Shown here: piece after piece, positions 39,410 to 48,101 of the stretch
Position numbering within the stretch: position 1 is the first letter of the stretch
How the letters are laid out: every line of letters begins with the position of its first letter
The notes under the pieces: generated by a model
The model's database searches: none
Told to the model about the DNA's origin: nothing
Seen by the model: only the letters and a program-made list of their open reading frames with translations
Program-made: the position numbers and the translations under genes
Source of the DNA: an uncultured Gammaproteobacteria bacterium
GTDB taxonomy: Bacteria > Patescibacteriota > Patescibacteriia > UBA1558 > 2-01-FULL-52-15
Direction of reading: 5' to 3'
DNA length: 61,865 nucleotides
Assembly: GCA_964487895.1 (NCBI GenBank)
Contig: CAZASM010000002.1
Span: 1-61,865 of the forward strand

Positions 39410-40711
39410 TTATTTCTTAGTGCTAATTTTCTTTACTTTGACAGTGACAAAGTTTTTCTTCGGTATCACAACTGTTCTAGTAGGTTGAGGCTCTGGTGTA
39501 TTCAAAGAATCTTCTATTTCTCTCTGTAATCGGTCAGTTGTCGCTTCAGCACGAGTTGAACGTGCTGATGAAGGTTGCTCGAAATCATCAGGGTCGATTG
39601 CGGCGACTCGTTGGCGTGGTCGTCCAGCTTGAGAGCGTACTCGTAACAATATACCAACTACTGCCAATAGGCCTAAGAAAAGAAGCCAAAATCCTAACTG
39701 ATTTAAATGAAAGATTGAGCTGCTACCAGCCAAAGGCTCACCGGTCTTAATTTTATTTAAATCATTTTTAATTTCTGCCAACTCTTTATCCGCTTCTGCC
39801 GCGGCTGACTTGATGTCTTTTGAGTCAGTAGTAATATTTCCAGCTGTTGTTGCTGGTGTTGGCGTTGTCGCAGTAGTAGGCGTAGGAGCAACAGGAGAAG
39901 TATTGGCACTGGCAGCTGGCGGTGTCTCAGTTTTGGTTGGAGCAGTTTCTTTGAGATGTCGTCGTCCATCCAAAGGATAAAAATCATCCTTGTCATTATA
40001 ACCATCGCCATCGGTATCAGCTTTTTTGGGATTTGTACCTAGTCTGGCTTCATCGCTATCAGACAGCCCATCGTTATCATCATCAGTATCAGCGTTATCG
40101 CCAACACCATCTCGGTCAGTATCTAGCCATTCATTTTTATCTAAAGGAAAAGCGTCATTAGAATCTCCATAACCATCGCCATCGCTATCCACTTGCTTTG
40201 GATTAGTACCAAGTCTTACTTCTTCTGTGTCAGATAGGCCATCATTATCATCATCGTTATCTTTGGTGTCGCCAATACCATCACCATCGGTGTCAATATC
40301 AATTGTTTGCTCTGAAGTAATAGCATTGTTATTCGACAGCTGACTATCAACTGGTAGGACAGCTTTCAAATCAACCCAAATTTTGAAATTCTTGGTTGGA
40401 ACGGTGAATTCAGCATAGACCGTGTCTGGCTCAGAGGAGACGACAGAAACTGCCAAACCAGCAGCTAATAACTCATTATTTAAATACAGATTAACCATGC
40501 CGGAAGCATCTTCATCACCATAACTGCGAACTTTGACATAGACCGTGGCCTTCTGCCCTGCGACGAAGGAGTTTGTCGAGAAACTGATATCTGATGGCTG
40601 CATACCAAGATCAACCTTAGCCCAAACCTGCCCTGGCTGTAGTAAACCAAAGGCTATAACCAGAGCAAATAGTGGCAAGTAGAAAATTTTAGACTTTAAA
40701 TATTCTAACAT
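39410..40711 (-). CDS. Secreted, C-terminally membrane-anchored protein with thrombospondin type-3-like calcium-binding repeats
   Basis: Signal peptide. Four D-x-D-x-DG-x-x-D-x-x-D blocks (DTDGDGIGDTKDNDDDNDGLSD, DSDGDGYGDSND, DTDRDGVGDNADTDDDNDGLSD, DTDGDGYNDKDD), a P/T-rich linker, a TM helix and a basic tail. Confidence 0.7.
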   Translation of the reverse strand: MLEYLKSKIFYLPLFALVIAFGLLQPGQVWAKVDLGMQPSDISFSTNSFVAGQKATVYVKVRSYGDEDASGMVNLYLNNELLAAGLAVSVVSSEPDTVYAEFTVPTKNFKIWVDLKAVLPVDSQLSNNNAITSEQTIDIDTDGDGIGDTKDNDDDNDGLSDTEEVRLGTNPKQVDSDGDGYGDSNDAFPLDKNEWLDTDRDGVGDNADTDDDNDGLSDSDEARLGTNPKKADTDGDGYNDKDDFYPLDGRRHLKETAPTKTETPPAASANTSPVAPTPTTATTPTPATTAGNITTDSKDIKSAAAEADKELAEIKNDLNKIKTGEPLAGSSSIFHLNQLGFWLLFLGLLAVVGILLRVRSQAGRPRQRVAAIDPDDFEQPSSARSTRAEATTDRLQREIEDSLNTPEPQPTRTVVIPKKNFVTVKVKKISTKK

Positions 40712-42701
40712 CGAGGATTGTATATTGTTTATCTGAGACTAACACTGGGTTGAAATCAAGCTCCTGCACTTTCAAGTCTGTTGCCATCAACTTATCAACT
40801 TGGAGTAGTAATTGTACCAGGAGACGACGTTTCGCAGAAGTCAGTAGCTGTTGATTGCGTAGTTGAGATAGTAGTTGCTGGGCAGAATCAAGTGATAACT
40901 CACCAACATGTAGAGCTGTGTCGTGTATCAGCTCTAACTGACTACCACCAAGACCAACAATAATTATAGTACCAAACTCGGCGTCACGTTTGGCTCCGAC
41001 AAAAAATTCAACACCACCGCGTACCATTGGCTGTGCTAAAAATCCACGCCAACCAATATTTTTTGATCGCAACTTTCCTTCTGTCATCATTTTTTTCCAG
41101 GCACTACTAGCTTCGCGACTGTCAGCGAGATCAACTACTACACCATGACTCTCTGCTTTGTGAATTATACCAGAGGCGACAACTTTCAAAACTAAAGGAT
41201 AAAATTTGACACTCGGCAACTGTGTACTGGCTGTTAATAGACGTCCTTGAACAATATTAAATTTACTGCTTGCTAAATAGTTCTGGCTAGCATAGGGATC
41301 AAGGTAATGTGCTTTAGCTTGATAGGCATTTTCTCCGACATGATAATCACTTGTCTGCTGTCGTTCTTTCAAGGCAGCTAAGTAACGAACTGCCTGCTCT
41401 GGATAATCGAAACAAGGAATACCTTGATGCCATAAATATTCTTGAGCCGGCCGAACAGAATCGTAACCTAGAAAACAGGTGACAATAGTTTTCTTAATTT
41501 TGGCAGAGTTCTGCACTAGCCAACGTGCCAGAGGTATGACTGGCGTCATTGTTTGCGGTGTGATTAGTAGTAAGATAGCATCTACTTCCTTACTTTTTTG
41601 TAATTCGCTGATTACTTTAGTAAAACGAGGCAAATCAGCATCACCCAAAAGATCTATCGGATTAGCCAAACTAGCAGCAGGTGGCACAAGAGTCTGTAAA
41701 TTCTTTACTGTCACAGCTGATAGTCGTGCCAATGGTACCTGTCTTAATTGTAAAGCGTCAGCAGTAATAATAGCAGGACCACCAGCGTTACTTACTACGA
41801 CAGTCTGACTACCGCTACTCGTAGGTGCTAATAAACTAAAAGCTTGAGTCAAGCTAAACAACTCTTCAATACTCTGAGCGCGGATAATACCAACTTGTCG
41901 AAAAGCAGCTGTAATAACCTCGTCAGATTGAGCAAGACTTCCAGTATGCGATGACGCTGCTTTTTGGCCTGACTTGGTCACTCCTGCTTTCAAAATTATG
42001 ATTGGTTTTTGTTTGGCAATTCTCTGAGCTATTTGGAGAAACTCTGTTGGACGGCTCAACTGTTCGAGATACATGGTAATAACTTTTGTTTCTTTATCCT
42101 GCGCTAGATATTGCAAAGATTCGATTTCAGTTAGATCACCTTTATTACCGATAGAAATCATTTTGCTAATTCCCAGATTATAGCGACTCGTCAGATCTAA
42201 GGTAGCCACTGCCATAGCTCCGGACTGTGATATTAAGCCGACATTACCAGACTTCAGATCTAGACGGGCAAAGGAAGCGTTCAAACGCAATTTGGTGTTA
42301 ATAAAACCTAAACAGTTTGGACCGAGGTAACGTAAATGATAGGCAGCTTTAAGTTTATCAAGTTGTTTTTGTAACAACTGACCTTGTGCTCCAGTTTCAC
42401 CGAAACCAGCTGAGATAATGACAAAATTTTTGATACCGCACCTAGCAGCTTCTTCCACGGCCTGACAGACAACCTTAGCTGGTACAATAATGATAGCTAA
42501 ATCGATAGATTTTTTGATCTCACTAATTGTCTTGTAAACATGGTGGCCCAAAATTTTACCGCCTTGAGGGTTAATTGCATACACTTTGCCTTTGTACCCA
42601 TGGCTAACATTGAGGAACAAATCATGACCCAACTTACCTGGAGTATGTGAAACTCCAACCACAGCCAGCGAGCTTGGTTCAAATAATGTATTGACCGACA
42701 T
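40689..42701 (-). CDS. Acetyl-CoA synthetase (ADP-forming), fused alpha/beta type
   Basis: N-terminal CoA-binding domain (SLAVVGVS...), a succinyl-CoA-synthetase-like ligase domain (SQSGA, GNKGD), and a C-terminal ATP-grasp domain. Confidence 0.8.
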   Translation of the reverse strand: MSVNTLFEPSSLAVVGVSHTPGKLGHDLFLNVSHGYKGKVYAINPQGGKILGHHVYKTISEIKKSIDLAIIIVPAKVVCQAVEEAARCGIKNFVIISAGFGETGAQGQLLQKQLDKLKAAYHLRYLGPNCLGFINTKLRLNASFARLDLKSGNVGLISQSGAMAVATLDLTSRYNLGISKMISIGNKGDLTEIESLQYLAQDKETKVITMYLEQLSRPTEFLQIAQRIAKQKPIIILKAGVTKSGQKAASSHTGSLAQSDEVITAAFRQVGIIRAQSIEELFSLTQAFSLLAPTSSGSQTVVVSNAGGPAIITADALQLRQVPLARLSAVTVKNLQTLVPPAASLANPIDLLGDADLPRFTKVISELQKSKEVDAILLLITPQTMTPVIPLARWLVQNSAKIKKTIVTCFLGYDSVRPAQEYLWHQGIPCFDYPEQAVRYLAALKERQQTSDYHVGENAYQAKAHYLDPYASQNYLASSKFNIVQGRLLTASTQLPSVKFYPLVLKVVASGIIHKAESHGVVVDLADSREASSAWKKMMTEGKLRSKNIGWRGFLAQPMVRGGVEFFVGAKRDAEFGTIIIVGLGGSQLELIHDTALHVGELSLDSAQQLLSQLRNQQLLTSAKRRLLVQLLLQVDKLMATDLKVQELDFNPVLVSDKQYTILDVRIFKV

Positions 42702-43702
42702 TAGATATTTAATTTAGCTAAATCTTTAGCAGTCAGAATACCTTTTTGGGCGCCAATATGTGTCACTACCGAAGCAGAATTAGCAATACCGAGCGAGAGC
42801 GCGCGGCTTAGGTTCCCTTTGAAGCGAATCAATCCAGTAACAAAGCCCGAAGTAAAAGCATCGCCAGCACCCGTGCTATTGATTGCTCGAACAATCGGTG
42901 GTGATTTAAAAATTAATTTCTGACCGTCATAGACCAAAGCTCCTTTAGCTCCCAATGTCACTACTGTAATGTTTTGACCAAACTGATGTAATTTCTTAAT
43001 CAAGACACGAGGGTTAATACCTTTACAATTTTCCCCACGGGAAATAGCCAGTTCTGTCGCTTCATCGAGATTGACTGATAGCACTTCCACTAAAGGAAAA
43101 AGTTTCTTTAATTTTGGCCAACCTGCAGCCAACTCATCAACTCCTGGATTCCAAGCAATCTTAATGGAGTTTTTGGCTGCAAACATGATTGCTTGTTGAA
43201 CATTGGTCAAACAGCGCGCTGAACCCGATAATGAGCTCAAATAGAGCCACTGGCTACGAACCTGACGCATTATCTGCTGATTGATCGTAATAGCACTGCG
43301 AGCACCAGGATAATAAAAGGCTACGTGCTCTCCTCGCTTCTGACTAGAAATAATGCAGGAGATGGCTGTAGGTAATTTTGTCTGATGTTGTACTAGTTGA
43401 GTGCCAAGATGTAAGGATTTCATCCTGCGAACTATTTCCTCACCCATAGAATCAGAACCAATACTAGTTAACACTTGAGCTTTCAAACCAAGCTGACTAA
43501 AGGTCGTGGCAGTATTCAAAGCACCACCACCGAGACAGATATATGCTTGATCACTAACTACTTTGGCACCAAACTCAAAGCCTAGAAGTTTCTTCTTGGT
43601 CAGATTCTGACCGTTGGTAATCAATTCTCCTTCTTCCGTATAGAAAAAAATATCAACTACAGCGCTGCCAATCGAAGTGATATCGTGCTTTGTGCCTAAC
43701 AT
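42701..43702 (-). CDS. PfkB-family carbohydrate/nucleoside kinase
   Basis: N-terminal GSAVVD...GGGALN and C-terminal NSTGAGDAFTSGF PfkB signatures. Confidence 0.8.
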   Translation of the reverse strand: MLGTKHDITSIGSAVVDIFFYTEEGELITNGQNLTKKKLLGFEFGAKVVSDQAYICLGGGALNTATTFSQLGLKAQVLTSIGSDSMGEEIVRRMKSLHLGTQLVQHQTKLPTAISCIISSQKRGEHVAFYYPGARSAITINQQIMRQVRSQWLYLSSLSGSARCLTNVQQAIMFAAKNSIKIAWNPGVDELAAGWPKLKKLFPLVEVLSVNLDEATELAISRGENCKGINPRVLIKKLHQFGQNITVVTLGAKGALVYDGQKLIFKSPPIVRAINSTGAGDAFTSGFVTGLIRFKGNLSRALSLGIANSASVVTHIGAQKGILTAKDLAKLNI

Positions 43703-43708
43703 ATAGTT

Positions 43709-45310
43709 TTATTCTTTATAAACTTCGTCACGTTTCTCTTTGACGTAACCGAAAATATTTTCTAATAAAGCAACAAATAGTTTGAACGGTGCTTCTAGAA
43801 CAAAATCAAACAGGAAAATGAAAATATTGATACGACTGATGTTGGATGATAGTAGAGCTCCTAATTTGATAATTGGCAAAGAGAAAAAATTTAGTAAAAA
43901 GGAGATCAAACCTTCACGTTGACGTACAACGTTAAACTCTTTCGCCTGTTGGCGGATACGGACAGCAAAGAAGCTGACAGCAGTAACGAAGAAAATAAAG
44001 AGACCGCCACTAAGTAGATTGAAGCCGAGCTTATTCAGGTAATAAATAATCCAACCGAAGACGAAACCATAAAGTATGAGATAGATTAAGTAGAGAATAA
44101 AAGAAATAATTGGACCTCGTGGTCGGGGATTTTTCAGCAAAATTAAAGTTTTATTTTCCTTTTCACCGTAAACATAACCCCTAACTCCATCGGTAATAGC
44201 GGTTTGACTGGACGCTCCGGGCATTTGAGCACTGAGAGCCATCAGAAACATCAATACTGGCGGAAAACAGATATTAATCGCTAATGTCATGTAATTCACA
44301 TGCTTCGCCACCAGTAAGTCGTAAGGATATTCCAAGATCAAGGCTAAAAGCATTTTTGTCAAAAAGATGTAGAAAATAGCCCGTAAAGAACTACGAGTAA
44401 TTTTGGACTTGATACGCTTATTCAAAGCATTGAGAGACTTCAAGACCTGAACCTTAAATTTCTCTGGGCTAGCTAAGGTTTCTGTCAAATTGATAGATTC
44501 ATCAAAAATTATATGCTTCAGTACTTTAAATATTGCCATCTCCTTACGCAGAGCAACTCTAATCTTTGCTTGATCGCGATAAGCAAGATGTTGTTTGATG
44601 CCGACGAAAATAGCTGGAAATTTATCAGCCACGTATTGGACCAGACGCCGATCACTCTTGTCAGTCCAATCAGGGAAATAGAGTTGGAATAAATGAAAGC
44701 CAATAATGGCGTTATCAGACATAACCAAATCTCGATGCACAGCGATATAAACTTGGATATTTTTTTCGCGTAGAGACAATCCTTGACCCCGCACTTTCAC
44801 CCTGTCTTTGACAAATTGATAAGCAGCTTCGATTAAAGCATCATTTTTGTATTCTGGAGATAAGAACAGGTCAATCTCACAAGCTAAAATACTAATCAAC
44901 CAATCTTGATATTTACTCTTGTCAGTAGCTTCATAATCACGCTCACCGAGTAAAACTAACAGGTAGCTATATTTCTCTAAAATAACTTCAACATCATTAA
45001 CAATAGTCTCGGGCAATGTTTGATTCGGTAAGTAGTGCCCACGAATCAGCTCTTCGAGTAAACGACGAGCAATTTGAGGATCGAGATGACCACTACGAAG
45101 TTGGCGTCGGACAATCCGTTCCATAGCAAAACGCCGCAGAAGATAGTCTTCTTTGTAATCTATCGTATTACGAACTTGTTCGTAGAGCGTAGCCAATTTG
45201 CTAGCAATCTCATCAACTTCCAGCTTGGCAACGTCATCACTGTACGCCTGCTGTCGCTCAATCGCTTGTAATCGTTGGTAGAGATCTTTGATACCTGCGG
45301 ATAATTGCAT
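43709..45310 (-). CDS. Hypothetical protein with a helical N-terminal half and a polytopic membrane C-terminal half (533 aa)
   Basis: Long intact ORF with backbone-like AT-rich composition. No family recognised. Confidence 0.5.
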   Translation of the reverse strand: MQLSAGIKDLYQRLQAIERQQAYSDDVAKLEVDEIASKLATLYEQVRNTIDYKEDYLLRRFAMERIVRRQLRSGHLDPQIARRLLEELIRGHYLPNQTLPETIVNDVEVILEKYSYLLVLLGERDYEATDKSKYQDWLISILACEIDLFLSPEYKNDALIEAAYQFVKDRVKVRGQGLSLREKNIQVYIAVHRDLVMSDNAIIGFHLFQLYFPDWTDKSDRRLVQYVADKFPAIFVGIKQHLAYRDQAKIRVALRKEMAIFKVLKHIIFDESINLTETLASPEKFKVQVLKSLNALNKRIKSKITRSSLRAIFYIFLTKMLLALILEYPYDLLVAKHVNYMTLAINICFPPVLMFLMALSAQMPGASSQTAITDGVRGYVYGEKENKTLILLKNPRPRGPIISFILYLIYLILYGFVFGWIIYYLNKLGFNLLSGGLFIFFVTAVSFFAVRIRQQAKEFNVVRQREGLISFLLNFFSLPIIKLGALLSSNISRINIFIFLFDFVLEAPFKLFVALLENIFGYVKEKRDEVYKE

Positions 45311-45339
45311 ATTGATATATTATACAATATTTTATATTG

Positions 45340-45365
45340 TAGGGACAGCTCTAGAGCTGTCCCTA
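45340..45365. repeat. Perfect 26-bp palindrome TAGGGACAGCTCT/AGAGCTGTCCCTA
   Basis: Read directly. The 13 + 13 nt halves are exactly self-complementary. It sits at the junction between backbone DNA and the first GC-rich patch. Confidence 0.9.
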
Positions 45366-45370
45366 CGGGT

Positions 45371-45415
45371 ACAAAAACAAAAACCCCCACCTCGGTTATT
45401 ACACCAAGGCGAGGG
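45371..45415 (-). terminator. Rho-independent terminator of the 45431-45718 gene
   Basis: On the minus strand, a 12-bp stem CCCTCGCCTTGG/CCGAGGTGGGGG (three G-U pairs), loop TGTAATAA, then TTTTTGTTTTTG. Confidence 0.7.
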
Positions 45416-45430
45416 TTTCAAGGGTGAGGT

Positions 45431-45718
45431 TCAGGCGTGAAGGTAGCCACCGTAAGGCACATAGCGGATCAGCCGCTTGTCGTTTCTCGGCAAGTCAATG
45501 ACTTCACCAGGGCAGCCGATCTCTCCTCTGCAGAAGTCACAGCACTGTGAATCACACTCTGTTTCTCCCAGACCCATGAGCTCATGCAGCCCCGTAATGG
45601 ATGCGCTGGCCTCACCGTAAGCCAAAACGGGATTTACCAAGACAGGGGTCTGCTTCGAGCAGTGAGGACACCTGACATAGATCAGGTCAATCATTTCACA
45701 TGCTGGAATAGCTGTCAC
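45431..45718 (-). CDS. Cysteine-rich small protein (95 aa), family unknown
   Basis: GTG start preceded by AAGGAGG with 4-nt spacing. 55% GC in my sample at 45481-45540. Contains CPHC and CDSQCCDFCRGEIGCPG clusters and has its own terminator. Confidence 0.55.
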   Translation of the reverse strand: MTAIPACEMIDLIYVRCPHCSKQTPVLVNPVLAYGEASASITGLHELMGLGETECDSQCCDFCRGEIGCPGEVIDLPRNDKRLIRYVPYGGYLHA

Positions 45719-45742
45719 AAAACCTCCTTGTGAAGAAGTGTG

Positions 45743-46315
45743 CTAGCGATGAATCACCATCAAACAGTTACCTATCTCAACAACCCGTAGGTTGTAGTTA
45801 GTCGTTACTTTCAGCTGATCAAAGAACTGACGTTGTTTATTATCTAATAATTTCCAGTCGTCAACAATGATATAACCAGACTGTGATAGCACATTTAACC
45901 CTAATTCTACATATTTGTCAACTCTGCCTTTATCAGCGTCAATAAATATCAGATCGAACTGTAACTTTTGATTGTTTGCTTCAATTAAAAAATCCTCGGC
46001 TGGTTGCAGAACTTGCTTGATAAAAGTGGACAATCCGCTCGCTTCTATATTCTCTCTAGCCTGAAAGATGTTCGTAGCTTCATGCGGTAAATTGACTGTA
46101 GTTACCAGACCTTGACCCAATTCTTCTAACGCCGACGCAAGATAAATTGCCGAGGCTCCGCGCCACGTTCCTAACTCCAGGATGTTTTTTACTTTATATT
46201 CTATAACAAACTGTCTCAGATATTCACCAACTTCAGCTGGTATGGCAAACTGCGCAGTGAAGCCTGCTTCATATTGTGCCATTCGTGCTAGAACGTCTTG
46301 AACCTGCTGTCTCAC
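45743..46315 (-). CDS. Class I SAM-dependent O-methyltransferase (family 3-like)
   Basis: ILELGTWRGASAIYLA (SAM motif I) and IFIDADK...GYIIVDD. AT-rich, backbone-like composition (33% in my sample). The start (GTG or the internal ATG) is uncertain. Confidence 0.75.
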   Translation of the reverse strand: MRQQVQDVLARMAQYEAGFTAQFAIPAEVGEYLRQFVIEYKVKNILELGTWRGASAIYLASALEELGQGLVTTVNLPHEATNIFQARENIEASGLSTFIKQVLQPAEDFLIEANNQKLQFDLIFIDADKGRVDKYVELGLNVLSQSGYIIVDDWKLLDNKQRQFFDQLKVTTNYNLRVVEIGNCLMVIHR

Positions 46316-46316
46316 A

Positions 46317-47204
46317 CTAAGGCTGTAAAATTGTTTCCGACTCGCCGTTGATAGAGATAATAACAGATTTCACTGTTGGGAATTGTTTCAAAGTTTTCTC
46401 AATTTGTGAACGAATCATCGTCACACGACAAGAACCAGCAACGTTGACGTTTAGCAACTCACTAAAATCAGCTTTGGCCACTCCTTTTTCAATTGTCAAT
46501 TTTTGCAAAACCACTCCTGGGTTGATAGCACTGAAATAACCATTATTAACATCTTGAGTTTGCGGACCGCGCAATAAATCTTCTAAGGCAGCTTGCCCTA
46601 CAGCAGTTGTCTTAGCTACACGACGTTCCAAACTATACACTTTCTCACAATCCAATGCTTGAGGGTCTTTAATTCCGTTAGGATAAAAAACTTTAACCTT
46701 AGTTGACTCTACTTGAGCGAAGGTCACTGAAACTTTGGACAAATTTATCTCGGCGCCATCTTTAGCTGAATGACTATAGACTTCCACCGTGCCTGTCGTA
46801 CCTTTTGGTTGCGGATAAGAAACTTCCACACGATACGGTCCGAAGAGTCCAACGTCAGGAGCATTAGAAGTAGTGAAGCCTTGAGCAAGGACAGTACCAT
46901 CGCTATCTTTCAGCCGATAGTTCAAATTATTTTCAAAGACGCGAGCTTGACCAGAGATGATTAGAGGCAGACCAATTGCTTGACCTTCTGTTGGTTGCTC
47001 GAGAGTAATATTTTGTTGTGGTGCACTAGGACAAGGCGCAAACTGACAGTTCCAACCACTACGACCAACTGGTGTGCCATCAGGACAAAGCATAGCGTCA
47101 TCAGGACAAGCAGCTTCGCGGATAGTTTTGGTCGTGGTGTACCAGTAGATTCCACCAACAAGAGCAATAACAATGATCGGGACAATGATTTTCCAATATT
47201 TCAT
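46317..47204 (-). CDS. Secreted protein with Gmad2 Ig-like and GerMN domains
   Basis: N-terminal TM segment MKYWKIIVPIIVIALVGG. Central PLIISGQARVFENNLNYRLKD (Gmad2-like) and C-terminal ALEDLLRGP...SAI...SVIISING (GerMN-like). Start moved to the ATG at 47202-47204. Confidence 0.65.
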   Translation of the reverse strand: MKYWKIIVPIIVIALVGGIYWYTTTKTIREAACPDDAMLCPDGTPVGRSGWNCQFAPCPSAPQQNITLEQPTEGQAIGLPLIISGQARVFENNLNYRLKDSDGTVLAQGFTTSNAPDVGLFGPYRVEVSYPQPKGTTGTVEVYSHSAKDGAEINLSKVSVTFAQVESTKVKVFYPNGIKDPQALDCEKVYSLERRVAKTTAVGQAALEDLLRGPQTQDVNNGYFSAINPGVVLQKLTIEKGVAKADFSELLNVNVAGSCRVTMIRSQIEKTLKQFPTVKSVIISINGESETILQP

Positions 47205-47290
47205 AATGTATAGGTTAATTGATAATAGTATAGGGCAGGTAAGGGTTTTGGGCAACCACGATAGTATTAAGTTTATCGCTGTTTGTCTCT

Positions 47291-47334
47291 ACCCCCACGC
47301 CCTCCCCCTTACTAAGGGGGAGAAAAGAGGGGGT
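47291..47334. repeat. GC-rich compound hairpin at the left edge of the cassette
   Basis: ACCCCC-acgcc-CTCCCCCTTA-c-TAAGGGGGAG-aaaaga-GGGGGT, with a 6-bp outer stem and a 10-bp inner stem. Confidence 0.8.
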
Positions 47335-47379
47335 GTTTAGCCTTCGCCTAGAAACCTAAGAAGCTAGTTCCGTATCCAC

Positions 47380-47408
47380 TTGACACATAACCCATATCAT
47401 GCTATAAT
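47380..47408 (+). promoter_or_regulatory. Consensus sigma70 promoter driving the plus-strand cassette
   Basis: TTGACA (47380-47385), exactly 17 nt, then TATAAT (47403-47408), preceded by TGC (extended -10 TGnTATAAT). The first ORF starts 56 nt downstream. Confidence 0.75.
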
Positions 47409-47463
47409 ACTATATTAAAGGCTAAAACTAGCCAAAAGTTCCTTTCACCTTCGGGAGATAGAA

Positions 47464-47895
47464 ATGAACGAATACAGAGCATTTGGCGCTTTCGTCATTC
47501 TCGTAATGCTGGCTGGGCTCATGGCCGACGTTTATGAGCACCAAACAGTGTCCTACAAACTCGTCTACGGAGACACGGTAACTGACAGTGCGACTGTCGT
47601 GACCGAATACCATGACGGTAGTATCGTACAAGGCATTCAACCGGGCCTGGTAATTCAACCGAGTCCTCAGTTGAATCCGATTCTCTTCTTTACCGCTAAG
47701 GCTCCGGTCTGGAAGACCACAATCACGACCAACGGCGGGCTGCAGTGGATCTTTGATGATGAAGAACACTATAAGCTTTTCAAGAATCGTGATTCGCTGA
47801 TAGTCACTTACCACACCGTATCTCGTGATCGGTACGAACGGTCCAAATTCGTTCGAAGATTTGTCGAGAGTCCGATGTTAGTGACTGTGGACTAA
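47464..47895 (+). CDS. Cassette ORF A: membrane-anchored hypothetical protein (143 aa)
   Basis: SD GGGAGA 5 nt upstream of the ATG. N-terminal TM segment FGAFVILVMLAGLM. First gene after the consensus promoter. Confidence 0.6.
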   Translation: MNEYRAFGAFVILVMLAGLMADVYEHQTVSYKLVYGDTVTDSATVVTEYHDGSIVQGIQPGLVIQPSPQLNPILFFTAKAPVWKTTITTNGGLQWIFDDEEHYKLFKNRDSLIVTYHTVSRDRYERSKFVRRFVESPMLVTVD

Positions 47896-48101
47896 CCCGA
47901 TGATTTTCACATGTCTCCCTCTTCCCGCTCCGAACCCCATGTTCGGAGCATCACCCAAGTCTATAACTTCGTTGTAGATTTAGGCGATCACTGTTCCTTT
48001 CACTATCCTCCCTACCTCCCTGGCGATACATTTACTTGCCGTCAGAGAGGTAGCGAGGATTCAGAAGTTCCAAACCCTATATGGAAAGGAAGTCTCAGGC
48101 A

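Noticed and set aside
3229-44703. Numerous 60-115-aa track ORFs antisense to or nested in large backbone genes (for example 3229-3417, 5139-5435, 5532-5849, 5750-6094, 6115-6444, 6913-7239, 19162-19386, 31442-31723, 41479-41808)
   Set aside because: Each lies wholly inside a confidently identified gene on the other strand or in another frame. None has independent signals such as an SD, a promoter or a recognisable domain.
45383-47298. Shared 8-mer ACCCCCAC at the left edges of both GC-rich patches (45383-45390 and 47291-47298)
   Set aside because: An 8-mer is expected about once or twice by chance in 62 kb on two strands. No extended similarity surrounds it.
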